DNA from: an uncultured virus (IMG/VR IMGVR_UViG_3300030098_005070)
Lineage: Duplodnaviria; Heunggongvirae; Uroviricota; Caudoviricetes
DNA: 64,000 nt
IMG/VR virus record: IMGVR_UViG_3300030098_005070
Strand: one strand, 5' to 3'
How positions within the stretch are numbered: the first letter of the stretch is position 1; each line of letters starts with the position of its first letter. Position numbers and translations under genes: made by a program. Positions 17,735-27,269 of the stretch are shown piece by piece. A model generated the notes under the pieces. It saw only the letters and a list, made by a program, of their open reading frames with translations. It searched no databases and was not told the DNA's origin.

Positions 17735-19129
17735 ATGAGGAATTACACAGAATATGAAGCAGTGAAGAAGTTCCCGATTTTCCAAGGTTACTTGGAACAT
17801 TTTGGGCAAACATCAATGAAGAACGACATACCGGGAATGCTTTCCTTTTTCTTTTTACAAGGACAAGCAGCAGTACCGTATGTACGCATACCTTGGGGTG
17901 CTAGTCATATAGACCCAAGAGTACACGTTTTTTGGATTCAACCTTCCCGAAGTGGTAAGTCTGTTGCTTGGGAATTTATGGGGGATATCTGTCGAGATGC
18001 TGAAATCCCTACTGATATGTACACAACTGGAACAGATGCTGCTTTGATTGGTGGTTGGGAAGAAAATATAGACGAAGACGGAGAACACGTCAAGACTTTG
18101 AAAGAGGGTCTTCTTGATGGGAGAAAGGTCTTAAATTTCGATGAAGGAAGTATCATTCTAAGCCCAAATAAACATAGTCAAGAAACCGTTCTTTATCTCC
18201 AATCAGCGTGTAACCCTGTAGGTAGTAACAACAACATTCTAGTCAAGCACACAAAGGCTGGTAGAATCGAAACTGAATCATTGGTATCTTTATGGATTAC
18301 AACTTTCCCTCCAAAGGGTGTAAAAGATTACGTCTTAACAAAGGGTATTTTCCAAAGAGTTCTACTATATTGGGGTGAATGGGATACTGAAAAGCGTAGA
18401 GAAGTTAGTAATCTAAGGATGAATGCTGCCTACAAAAAGATACCAAAATTAGCGGTTGATTACCAAGAGATTGTAGATTATTTCAATAACTTGACCAAGA
18501 ATCTACGAGACCGATTATTGAATTTGAGTGAAACTACTTTTATTGAATGGGAATCCATGCCTAGAAGTGAGCAAGAAGAATTAATTCAGAAGCATATGCA
18601 TGAGATGTTTAACGCAGATGAAACATTTTATTCAGCCTGTTTCGATGCTATAGATGATTATTATACTCTTCTTAACGGTCTTGCACCCGGTATAGGTGAG
18701 GTTGTGGCATCTTTCATGCCAGCAGTTGAAAATTATACGGTCATCTTTGCGACACATATGGCTATGTTAGATAATTCTTGGACTGTAACTGGTGAGCACG
18801 TAGATATGGCTAAAGATATTCTTTACGACCTTACAAGAAATCTAATCCTTTGGCTTGAAGATGAAGTTGAAGTTGGATTCAAAAAGACAGAAGTTACAGA
18901 ATACCGACAAAAATTCACTATATCATTCCAAAATACTGGTAAAGTTGACTTTGATGATTCTCGTGGTGAAGGATGGGTTCGTAAAGAAAGAATGCTCAAG
19001 ACCTATGAAGACCAAGCAAAGGTTACAAGAGGTACTGCTTGGAATCATTTCAATAAGTATGCTAAAGATATGTTTGAAACGACTAAAGAATCTAGGATAG
19101 TTTACCTTAGATTGAAACAGATGGATTGA
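17735..19129 (+). CDS. Divergent MCM-like AAA+ helicase
   Basis: Walker A QPSRSGKS, TDAALIG, Walker B LNFDEG, Arg-finger-like IFQR, V..EHVDMA helix. Confidence 0.7.
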   Translation: MRNYTEYEAVKKFPIFQGYLEHFGQTSMKNDIPGMLSFFFLQGQAAVPYVRIPWGASHIDPRVHVFWIQPSRSGKSVAWEFMGDICRDAEIPTDMYTTGTDAALIGGWEENIDEDGEHVKTLKEGLLDGRKVLNFDEGSIILSPNKHSQETVLYLQSACNPVGSNNNILVKHTKAGRIETESLVSLWITTFPPKGVKDYVLTKGIFQRVLLYWGEWDTEKRREVSNLRMNAAYKKIPKLAVDYQEIVDYFNNLTKNLRDRLLNLSETTFIEWESMPRSEQEELIQKHMHEMFNADETFYSACFDAIDDYYTLLNGLAPGIGEVVASFMPAVENYTVIFATHMAMLDNSWTVTGEHVDMAKDILYDLTRNLILWLEDEVEVGFKKTEVTEYRQKFTISFQNTGKVDFDDSRGEGWVRKERMLKTYEDQAKVTRGTAWNHFNKYAKDMFETTKESRIVYLRLKQMD

Positions 19130-19156
19130 ATAAGTGACATATATTGAGGATTATAC

Positions 19157-19768
19157 ATGAGCGATATTCTCTCCTTAGATATTGAAACCGCTAATTTCTC
19201 TTATGATATTGGTGGTTGGAATAATAGAACACTGTTTGAACCTAGTGTTATAGCAACTTGGGATGGTTCTGACGGTACTATTTTTTCCAAAGAAGACATT
19301 GAATTAGAAGGGGTAAACACATTACCACTTCACCCAAGAGATATAGGTGACCATTTGATTGATTTCATAAACAAAGGTGGTAAAATTTTAGGCCATAATA
19401 TATTGAAATTTGACCTACCGGTAATCAAAGATTCGCTTGATTGCTGGGCTGCGGGGGATGTTTTATCCAAACATTCTGAATCTATTATAGATACTAAAGT
19501 AATTGTACAAAAGGCGGCTTTAAAACACCAAAGAGTCGCCACAGATTTGAATATGTTAGCCAGTCAAAACTTGAAAGCAGAAAAAATGATGTCAAGTTTA
19601 GACGCACCTGTTGAATGGCAGAACGGCAAATACAATGATGTCGCTGAGTATTGTCTTAAAGACGCTCAATTGACTTATGATTTGTATAAGCATATGCAAG
19701 ATTATTCTTTCGTTAAATCACGCTCCCTTGAAACAGGAGAAATAGTAGAAATTGAAATTGAGTGGTAA
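19157..19768 (+). CDS. DnaQ/RNase H-fold 3'-5' exonuclease
   Basis: LDIET, GHNILKFDLP, YCLKDA. Confidence 0.88.
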   Translation: MSDILSLDIETANFSYDIGGWNNRTLFEPSVIATWDGSDGTIFSKEDIELEGVNTLPLHPRDIGDHLIDFINKGGKILGHNILKFDLPVIKDSLDCWAAGDVLSKHSESIIDTKVIVQKAALKHQRVATDLNMLASQNLKAEKMMSSLDAPVEWQNGKYNDVAEYCLKDAQLTYDLYKHMQDYSFVKSRSLETGEIVEIEIEW

Positions 19769-19770
19769 AC

Positions 19771-19947
19771 ATGAATCAAGATGAAGAAATAAAATTAAAA
19801 TTAGGATTGCACAGATTATTGACAGCGATTACTCAAGGTGGGGCTTTGAGTGATATACAGCGTATGGCTGCTGTTATTGCTAACCAAGTAGAATGGCCTT
19901 ACGCATCGGAAGAAACCACAATAGAAGATACAGGTGAAGAGGAATGA
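19771..19947 (+). CDS. Hypothetical protein
   Basis: Short ORF filling the gap; ATGA overlap with chaperonin. Confidence 0.6.
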   Translation: MNQDEEIKLKLGLHRLLTAITQGGALSDIQRMAAVIANQVEWPYASEETTIEDTGEEE

Positions 19948-21443
19948 ATCAAGAAGAAAAGAAAGCAGATGCTCAGTCTATGAATATTAGAGCAGCAAAA
20001 ATAATTGTCGAAACTTGCCAGTCTACACTCGGCCCTATGGGTATGGATAAGATGATGGTAGATGGGGCGGGTAATGTCATTGTAACTAATGACGGCGCAA
20101 CTATTCTTCGTGAATTAGATGTCAGCCACCCCGGTGCTAAAATGATGGTAGAAGTCGCAAAGACTCAGGAATCTTTGTGTTACGATGGTACAACCAGCAC
20201 AGTAGTTCTAGCGGGTCAGTTACTTGCTAACAGCGAAAGTCTGTTCAGCAAGGGACTCCATCCCAATGTAGTTTGTAGAGGATATCACGAAGCCGCAACT
20301 ATGGCTACTAAATATCTTCAAAGTGAAGTAGCATTTACTGGGGATGAAGAAGTGCTGAAAAATATAGCAAAAACCGCAATTACTGGTAAAACTTTGGAAA
20401 GTGCTACTGAAGTTGTGAGTCAAATCTGTGTAGATGCTGTAATGCAAGCAGGAGAAGCAGACAAGGTAAGAGTAGTCAGCCTACCCGGTGGCAGTATAGA
20501 AGAATCATTCCTTTTCAATGGTGTAATTCTTAGCAAAGATTTCGTATTAGATTTCGCCCACGAAAAAGAAATGAAGGTAGTTTTAATTAACACTGGATTG
20601 GAGAATGAGAAAACAGAAGAAAATATCTCAATTCAAATGGGGGCAGACGAGTATTCTCAATTCAAACAATCAAGCAGTGATAGTCTTCTAGACAAGGCAA
20701 AGAAGATAGTTTCTATGCTAGATGGTAAAGGCGTTGTATTCGTAAGAGATGGGGTGCACGATAGTATCTGTGCTTATCTAAAGAAAAATGACATTGGTGT
20801 TGTAAGGCGAGTGCCTGAAAGTATGATGAAGGCTCTTAGCAGCGCACTAGAATTACCTGTGGCTCAGACTGTAAACGACATAGAAAATGTCGCTGACATG
20901 GAACTCGTAAAGCAGAAGCATAACGATGTCTACTATCTCTTTGTTACTGGAAATGTCGAGAGCGACCAATCAACTCTAGTTCTTCGTGGTGCTACCCAAT
21001 CAACTCTTGATGAAGTGGAAAGAGGATTTGATGATGCACTGGGTGTAGTCGGTATGGTAAAAACCGAAAACAGTGTAGTGTTTGGGGGAGGCTCTAGTTT
21101 TGTTGCTATGGCTTCGCATCTACGCAATCATGCCGCTAAGATAGGGGGAAGGGCGCAAATGGCAATAGAAGCCTTTGCAGACGCTCTAGAGGTTATTCCC
21201 GCTACCATAGCGGAGAATGCAGGGCATGACCCACTGGATACTGTTCTAGCGATGAGGACAAAGGTGTTAGAAGGTGATTTAACACATGGACCTGATGTAA
21301 CCGAAGGTGGTATTGTTTCAATGAAAGAAAATAATATTGTAGAGCCTTCTAAATTAATCAAACAAGCAGTGCTTAGCGCAACAGAAGTAACTACTGCAAT
21401 TTTAAGAATTGATGATATAGTTAGTAGAAGGCCGGTGGAGTAA
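19944..21443 (+). CDS. ths: Group II chaperonin (thermosome subunit)
   Basis: STLGPMGMDKM, TNDGATIL, DGTTS, LRGAT, ERGFDDAL, ILRIDD. Confidence 0.97.
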   Translation: MNQEEKKADAQSMNIRAAKIIVETCQSTLGPMGMDKMMVDGAGNVIVTNDGATILRELDVSHPGAKMMVEVAKTQESLCYDGTTSTVVLAGQLLANSESLFSKGLHPNVVCRGYHEAATMATKYLQSEVAFTGDEEVLKNIAKTAITGKTLESATEVVSQICVDAVMQAGEADKVRVVSLPGGSIEESFLFNGVILSKDFVLDFAHEKEMKVVLINTGLENEKTEENISIQMGADEYSQFKQSSSDSLLDKAKKIVSMLDGKGVVFVRDGVHDSICAYLKKNDIGVVRRVPESMMKALSSALELPVAQTVNDIENVADMELVKQKHNDVYYLFVTGNVESDQSTLVLRGATQSTLDEVERGFDDALGVVGMVKTENSVVFGGGSSFVAMASHLRNHAAKIGGRAQMAIEAFADALEVIPATIAENAGHDPLDTVLAMRTKVLEGDLTHGPDVTEGGIVSMKENNIVEPSKLIKQAVLSATEVTTAILRIDDIVSRRPVE

Positions 21444-21634
21444 TGGGGCGACTGATGGACAAGTTGAATGTGACTTGTCGAGCGTGTAGCCATAAGCACG
21501 TACCTCGTAGATTAAGTGCAAGATACCATGATGAATTTAAGAAAAGAATTCATCTTTGGCAATGTAAACAATGTGGGCATTTTTGGCAAGACTCTACTTT
21601 TAAGCCAAAGCGTTTATTTGGTAGGCGATGGTAG
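21443..21634 (+). CDS. Zinc-ribbon protein (TFIIS-C-like fold)
   Basis: CRAC...LWQCKQCGHFW. Confidence 0.7.
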   Translation: MGRLMDKLNVTCRACSHKHVPRRLSARYHDEFKKRIHLWQCKQCGHFWQDSTFKPKRLFGRRW

Positions 21635-21895
21635 CATTCATAGGAGGTTTGCTACGCTAAACGGTGTGCTTTTTGGTTTCTATCCTTTTTTAGGTTGTTC
21701 TGATGTTTGTTTTCCTAGTAGCAAGTGCGTATCTCTTCATCTCCTAATTCTTCTTCGCACTTCACCGTACCTCCTACCCAAATAAAACGAAAGTCAGAAA
21801 TAGTAGTGGTGTATTTTTTACACCATGACCCGACCGACCTCGACTTGTAGCATGATGATGAAATTTTTAGATGAACTATTTGAGGAGTGGGAAAA

Positions 21896-22039
21896 TTGAT
21901 TGACGTGAGTGGAATTTCAGCCGTATTAGACGGTGAAATAGATACTTCATTTCTACCCGCTTACATTATGATAGGTTTTGTTTTTGTTATGGGAGCATAT
22001 GCGGGTTGCTATGCACTTTATCAAAAGTCTAGAGTCTAA
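21896..22039 (+). CDS. 47-aa single-pass membrane protein (not in ORF track)
   Basis: TTG start after GAGGAGTG; AYIMIGFVFVMGAYAGCYALY hydrophobic segment, basic tail. Confidence 0.5.
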   Translation: MIDVSGISAVLDGEIDTSFLPAYIMIGFVFVMGAYAGCYALYQKSRV

Positions 22040-22054
22040 AAATCGCCCTTCTAT

Positions 22055-22342
22055 TTAACCTATCAATTCGTTTTCCAATACCCAATCGGGTAATACTGGT
22101 AAGTTTTCATACGCTTCATCAGCCGTAGCATAATCAGTAATATCTCTCCATGCCTGTCTGTAATTTTGAATATCAGTCAATTGTGAATCCGTAAGCCCTC
22201 TATCGGGGAGAACGAATGAGTCAGTATTCTTCATCATCATTTCTCTTTCAACAAATATTTCTTCCCATGTTATAGTTATGTCTAAAGTTTCGACTGTTAC
22301 TGTTCCGTCTTCTTCGTATATTTCACGCCTTACATTTACCAT
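22055..22342 (-). CDS. Tail-fibre assembly chaperone-like protein
   Basis: ER......TD...LPD..LT......YRQAWRDIT......P..P pattern, at end of fibre cluster. Confidence 0.7.
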   Translation of the reverse strand: MVNVRREIYEEDGTVTVETLDITITWEEIFVEREMMMKNTDSFVLPDRGLTDSQLTDIQNYRQAWRDITDYATADEAYENLPVLPDWVLENELIG

Positions 22343-22354
22343 ACATATCTCTCC

Positions 22355-23050
22355 TTAACTATAATTTAAATTGAATAATATATACCTACTACTTGGTGTC
22401 CCCATTTTGTATTGCATACCCGAAGAACCACTAGCGAATGTTGCGGGCGGGTCACCACTAAATGTTCCCCACCTTGATACACCGGAAAAAGGAGTATTGC
22501 TATGTGAGCCACCTGTTACCCTACCGGATAAATTAGGTAATCCCCCTATTGATGTTTTTAATTTACAAGTGCCGGGAAAATCAGAAAAAGTCGCTTTACA
22601 CACAAACCAATATATATCTCCGCCCGTAACAGTAGGACTTGATATTGAAGTTATATTCTTATATCCGGTTGTCGAAACATCAACATCTGTTTTACGAAGA
22701 ATAGCCGTTTGCCCGCTACAGTCGCCATTAGCATCACTTGGATAAATTGCTACTGCTATTTCATCTCCCGAAGCACCCGCTGTTCCTACTTGTAATTCAA
22801 TAGAGGCTAATGTTCCGTCTTTCGGCATAACAAAGGGATAAGCGTACCATGCGTTACTTTGCATAAAAAAATTCATAGTGTAACCTGTTGATTGCCCATC
22901 CACACCAAAAGCACCGTAAGATTTGTGAAATGAATGGTCATAGTTTGCATCCATATCTATCGTTTTATAACCGGGTGGGTCGCCAGCAGAAGCCCCCGCA
23001 TCTTGCATTGTTCCATCGCTTTTCAATTGTCTAAACGGTTGTCTTCCCAT
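22355..23050 (-). CDS. Putative tail-tip/receptor-binding beta-sandwich protein
   Basis: GAGGTGA RBS; G/S/T-rich beta pattern; position in fibre cluster. Confidence 0.5.
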   Translation of the reverse strand: MGRQPFRQLKSDGTMQDAGASAGDPPGYKTIDMDANYDHSFHKSYGAFGVDGQSTGYTMNFFMQSNAWYAYPFVMPKDGTLASIELQVGTAGASGDEIAVAIYPSDANGDCSGQTAILRKTDVDVSTTGYKNITSISSPTVTGGDIYWFVCKATFSDFPGTCKLKTSIGGLPNLSGRVTGGSHSNTPFSGVSRWGTFSGDPPATFASGSSGMQYKMGTPSSRYILFNLNYS

Positions 23051-23061
23051 ATCTAATCACC

Positions 23062-24267
23062 TCATGGATGCAAAGTAGCGTGTATCGAACCCGCTAATGT
23101 TGCTGTTGAACCTTGTGTATTTTGGAATCGTATCAAAATTCTGCTTCCTACCGGAACATAAGTTGCATCTAAAGCCCCAATAGCCGCCGCACCATCATAT
23201 ATTTGCCCGTAAGTAGTATAATTCACGGTTGTTCCATCGAAATGAGCAACAATCATTTCTGTTTGAACCTCATTATTTGTTGAATCTGTAATATGCACAC
23301 TTGCAGTTATCGCTTTATGGTCTGCACTTGCTACTTCTATTAAACTCAAATAAGAATTGTTAGCAGTTGATGTCCCGCTAACTACTGCACCTGTTTGCGA
23401 TACACCCATTAAAGTCATTTTAGCACCTGCTTGTGCATCAGACTCTAATTGCATTACTTCTGTTTGTGTCCCATTAGCAAATATTCTAAATTCAAGAGAG
23501 CCATCGTTTGAACCGCTTGTTACATTATCTGCTACTGCTTGGATTCTCGCATAACCTCTTTCACCGCCTACCGAATCTTCTCCATTAAAACCAATAGAAC
23601 CTATAGCATCACCATCAGCAGGAGAATCTGTATTTCTATACATTTTAAGAACAGGCCCATTATTAGCATCACTATCACCATCAACCAACATTAGAGTTGG
23701 GCCTGTATCTGAGCCTTCTGTTTCATCTCTTGTTACTGTTAATTTTCCTGTTGTTATGCCGCTTGGATTGTATGTAGTATCTCCGATTTGTACTTTACCC
23801 GAACCATTAGGTTCTAGCACTATATTACCATTAGATACTGATGTTATTTTATTCCCATTAACATCTAAATTCCCACCTAATTGTGGAGTTGTATCATCCA
23901 CAACATCGGAAATACCACCACCACTACCGCTAGAAGCCGCAGTTAATCTTCCTTGAGCATCAACTGTAATACTTGCATTTGTGTAAGAACCCGCAGTAAC
24001 AGCAGTATCGGCTAAATTTATTGAACCCGAAGAAGTTACTGTTCCGCTTAATCCTGTACCACCGGAAACAGAAGTTACTGTCCCTGTTGTGGTTGAATAA
24101 CTATAACTCTCAATTTTTTCTTTAATAGCGCCGGAAGACATTATGTGGTCGTCTGTATCAACAAACTCGCTTCCTATGTCTATATCGTCAAAAGTATGCC
24201 CACCGAGGGTTATACCTTCTGTTACTACAAGTCCATTTTTTACTATAAAATCCTTCTTTGTTGCCAA
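23062..24267 (-). CDS. Tail fibre protein 3
   Basis: N-terminal KDFIVKNGL; VTAGSYTNASITVDAQGRLTAAS and DTTPQLGGNLDVNG fibre motifs. Confidence 0.8.
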   Translation of the reverse strand: MATKKDFIVKNGLVVTEGITLGGHTFDDIDIGSEFVDTDDHIMSSGAIKEKIESYSYSTTTGTVTSVSGGTGLSGTVTSSGSINLADTAVTAGSYTNASITVDAQGRLTAASSGSGGGISDVVDDTTPQLGGNLDVNGNKITSVSNGNIVLEPNGSGKVQIGDTTYNPSGITTGKLTVTRDETEGSDTGPTLMLVDGDSDANNGPVLKMYRNTDSPADGDAIGSIGFNGEDSVGGERGYARIQAVADNVTSGSNDGSLEFRIFANGTQTEVMQLESDAQAGAKMTLMGVSQTGAVVSGTSTANNSYLSLIEVASADHKAITASVHITDSTNNEVQTEMIVAHFDGTTVNYTTYGQIYDGAAAIGALDATYVPVGSRILIRFQNTQGSTATLAGSIHATLHP

Positions 24268-24292
24268 ATTATCACCATGATTTCACTATCCA

Positions 24293-27256
24293 TCATTTGA
24301 TTAGAAGTGTGTTTACCACACTGTAAGAGTATGTCCCTGTAGAAGCCGGAGTAAATTGCAGGTCAATTGTAGAAGTACCCTTTACTGCATCAATTGTACC
24401 TAAATCACTAGCGGCTGTTGTAATGTACGCATAAGTTGTTAAGAAAATATTAGCGGAAGCCGCTGGAGCAGAAGCACCCTCGTATGTAACTAAAACTTCC
24501 ATACAATCTGTATCAGTCCCATCGCTAACTTGAACTATGAATTTAGCAGTTCTATATGTCCCGAATGCATAGTTAGCAATATCATAAGCGGTACTTCCTG
24601 TCCAAGATTGACCAGTTGCTTCTGAAACGTCCATTATGGCTACTACTGTGGCCGAATCTGCGGCGGAATTAGCACCACCAGTCAATTGTAAACCGTCTGC
24701 TTCAAGAGCACCAGTAGCGGTTAAATCTCGCAAATCGCCTATGTCTTTGTTAGAGTCAACAACTAATGCCTTACTAGCCGTTACAGTACCGGCTGTGACT
24801 CCATCTAAAACATTCAGTTCAGCAGCAGAAATTGTGTTTGTACCGTTGTTAAGACTCAAAGTGCCTGTACCTTCTATGTTTCCTGAAACATCCAAACTTG
24901 TACCTACAATACTTCCACCAGTCAAAGTCCCTGTAGTAGAGATTGCTGATGAGCCAGTGTTTATTGTACCAAAGCCGGAAGTAATACTACCGCTGTTTAA
25001 AGCCCCAACTGTTGTTAGAGAAGATGTTGTAACTCCGCTTCCTAATGTTGAGGCAGACAAAACACTAGTGTTGTTTATTTTGAATACCTTTCCTGTAACT
25101 AAATTCCAATGCTCACTACTTGTCCAGTTATCATTTGAGTTATCCCAAGTAATTGTGTGGTCAGTTGAACCCTTTAGAGTAATACCACCACCATCGGCAG
25201 TTGAGTCACTAGGAGAAGCAACTGTTCCTAATTCTATATTCTTATCATCAACTTGTAAAGTAGTAGAATTCACTGTTGTAGTAGTTCCATCTACTGTTAA
25301 ATTTCCTGTTACGGTTAGATTATCGTTAATTGTTACTTCAGATGTAGTATGACCTATAGAAATTGGAACTCCACTTGTTGCTGTACCGATTGTAATTCCA
25401 TTTGTGGTGTTTGAGTTATCTATGTTTAGAGAAGTGGTCGCATCAAGAGAAATTGTAGCACCATCAACTGTTAGATTGTTGTTGAGGTCTGTTGCACCAC
25501 TTACAGTAAGACCTGTGAGAGTTCCAACTGCTGTAATTTGGCTGCTTTGGTCTGCATCCACAGCAATTACAGCGTTAGTTGCAGTAAGACCAGCACCAGC
25601 CAATAGTGTAGCAATTCTATCTACTGTTGTTTTTCGGTTGGTTCCACCTGCACCATCATCTACTATGAATAAATCACCTGACGCAAGCCCCCCACCAATG
25701 TCGGTCATTCCGTCAATGTCCAAAGAGAAAGTTAAGTCGTAAGGGTCTCCGTCAGAGCCCGTTGATACATCAGTCCAGTTAATTTCTATTCCATCCCCAT
25801 CAATGAACTTCACTTCTTTATTTTCATCAATTGTGACTTCTGTACCGTCTCCATCCTCTAAAACGAAACCGCTTCCCATTCCGTCTGCGCCACCTGCGGC
25901 GGCTATCCAAGTCATTACTCCGCCTGTTGTAGAAGAAAGTACGTATCCGTTGGAAGCAGGACCAGCAGGTGGTAATGTGTAACTTACAGAAGCGGAAGAC
26001 GAACCGCTAGCCTTGATTTTTGTAGTTTGAGAATTGTTGTTAAATTCCAATGTCGCTCCGTCTTTAGACAAACTAGCATTACCGCTTGTATCTAAATCAA
26101 AAATTGTTTGAGCATCGAATATAGCGGCGTTGTTTTCGGGGTCATCGTCAAAATTTGTATTTTTATATCCTATACTAAAAGTGCCGCCTGATTTCCTACC
26201 AATCGCCCAATGCTCACCGTTACTTGCACCATCACCTATAGAAAACACAACACTTTGATGAGTAGCAGAAGCATTCTCATTATTATCTAAAATGAAAGTA
26301 TTAGTAAGTCCGGCATAAGGAGTCACTGTCCCGTTAATATCATCATTAGCAATATCTGTATGTAGTCTTGCTTCAACATAATCTAATGTTGTGCCGGATG
26401 CACCGCTAAGTGCATCTCCGTTCACTTGAAGTTTAGAATTAGTTTCCCTAGCAGTACCATTTATTCTAGCCCAATTTCCTTCTATTACTGTAAGAGTTTT
26501 GAAAGAAGCCGCCTCTTGCGTGGTTGCCCCAATTACAGTATTATCTATTGTTCCGCCGTTAATGTCGGCTGTAGTAACCGTACCCAAATTTGCAATAGTA
26601 GTGCCGCTAAAAGTTGAATTCTTACCAAAAACAATTTGCTCACTTGAATTTGTTGTTATGAATTTGATATAAGAATTTGAACCTTCTGTAATATTTAGAG
26701 CATCAGCAAGATTGTCTCCTAATGATATTTTAGCAGTAGTTGATGCAGCACCACTAAAGTCAACATTTAACCCAGCAGCAGAAGCATCAACACTAATACT
26801 ATCGGCGTTTATATCACCAACATTAGTGATATTGTTATCACCAAGACTCAAATTCCCAGCGAGTGCGGTAATTGTGGTTGTGCCGATAGTACCTCCTGAT
26901 ATCTTATCACCGCTGATTTGGTCATCGGCTAGAGTCAGAGTACCAGCAGATACGTCTAGAGTCTTACTGCTACCTACTGTAATATCAGATGTGGCTATAG
27001 TAGTACCGTCAATAGTTCCACCATCAATGTCTACCTTTGTGATATCTACTTCTCCACTACCTTTTGGAGTAATTGCAATGTTGATGTTGGTGTCAGTACC
27101 GTCTGCTTGTAGAGTAGTACCTGAAAGTGTTACACCGGCTGCGGCGACATTGGTATCAAATGTGGGAGCGTACACAACATTTCCGCTGGCTACGGTTATG
27201 TCGCCACCCTCAACATCTATACCTTTCTTTACTTTGAAATCTAGTTTTGTGCCCAT
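24293..27256 (-). CDS. Tail fibre protein 2
   Basis: N-terminal DFKVKKGI; DIDGGTIDGT and GNLTVDGTTTTVNSTTLQVDDKNIELG repeats. Confidence 0.85.
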   Translation of the reverse strand: MGTKLDFKVKKGIDVEGGDITVASGNVVYAPTFDTNVAAAGVTLSGTTLQADGTDTNINIAITPKGSGEVDITKVDIDGGTIDGTTIATSDITVGSSKTLDVSAGTLTLADDQISGDKISGGTIGTTTITALAGNLSLGDNNITNVGDINADSISVDASAAGLNVDFSGAASTTAKISLGDNLADALNITEGSNSYIKFITTNSSEQIVFGKNSTFSGTTIANLGTVTTADINGGTIDNTVIGATTQEAASFKTLTVIEGNWARINGTARETNSKLQVNGDALSGASGTTLDYVEARLHTDIANDDINGTVTPYAGLTNTFILDNNENASATHQSVVFSIGDGASNGEHWAIGRKSGGTFSIGYKNTNFDDDPENNAAIFDAQTIFDLDTSGNASLSKDGATLEFNNNSQTTKIKASGSSSASVSYTLPPAGPASNGYVLSSTTGGVMTWIAAAGGADGMGSGFVLEDGDGTEVTIDENKEVKFIDGDGIEINWTDVSTGSDGDPYDLTFSLDIDGMTDIGGGLASGDLFIVDDGAGGTNRKTTVDRIATLLAGAGLTATNAVIAVDADQSSQITAVGTLTGLTVSGATDLNNNLTVDGATISLDATTSLNIDNSNTTNGITIGTATSGVPISIGHTTSEVTINDNLTVTGNLTVDGTTTTVNSTTLQVDDKNIELGTVASPSDSTADGGGITLKGSTDHTITWDNSNDNWTSSEHWNLVTGKVFKINNTSVLSASTLGSGVTTSSLTTVGALNSGSITSGFGTINTGSSAISTTGTLTGGSIVGTSLDVSGNIEGTGTLSLNNGTNTISAAELNVLDGVTAGTVTASKALVVDSNKDIGDLRDLTATGALEADGLQLTGGANSAADSATVVAIMDVSEATGQSWTGSTAYDIANYAFGTYRTAKFIVQVSDGTDTDCMEVLVTYEGASAPAASANIFLTTYAYITTAASDLGTIDAVKGTSTIDLQFTPASTGTYSYSVVNTLLIK

Positions 27257-27269
27257 TTAATTCACCTTA

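Noticed and set aside
21516..21785. 89-aa + ORF, and possible stop-codon readthrough frames in this region
   Set aside because: Overlaps the zinc-ribbon gene and has no RBS. TAA, TAG and TGA all serve as normal stops elsewhere, so there is no evidence of recoding.
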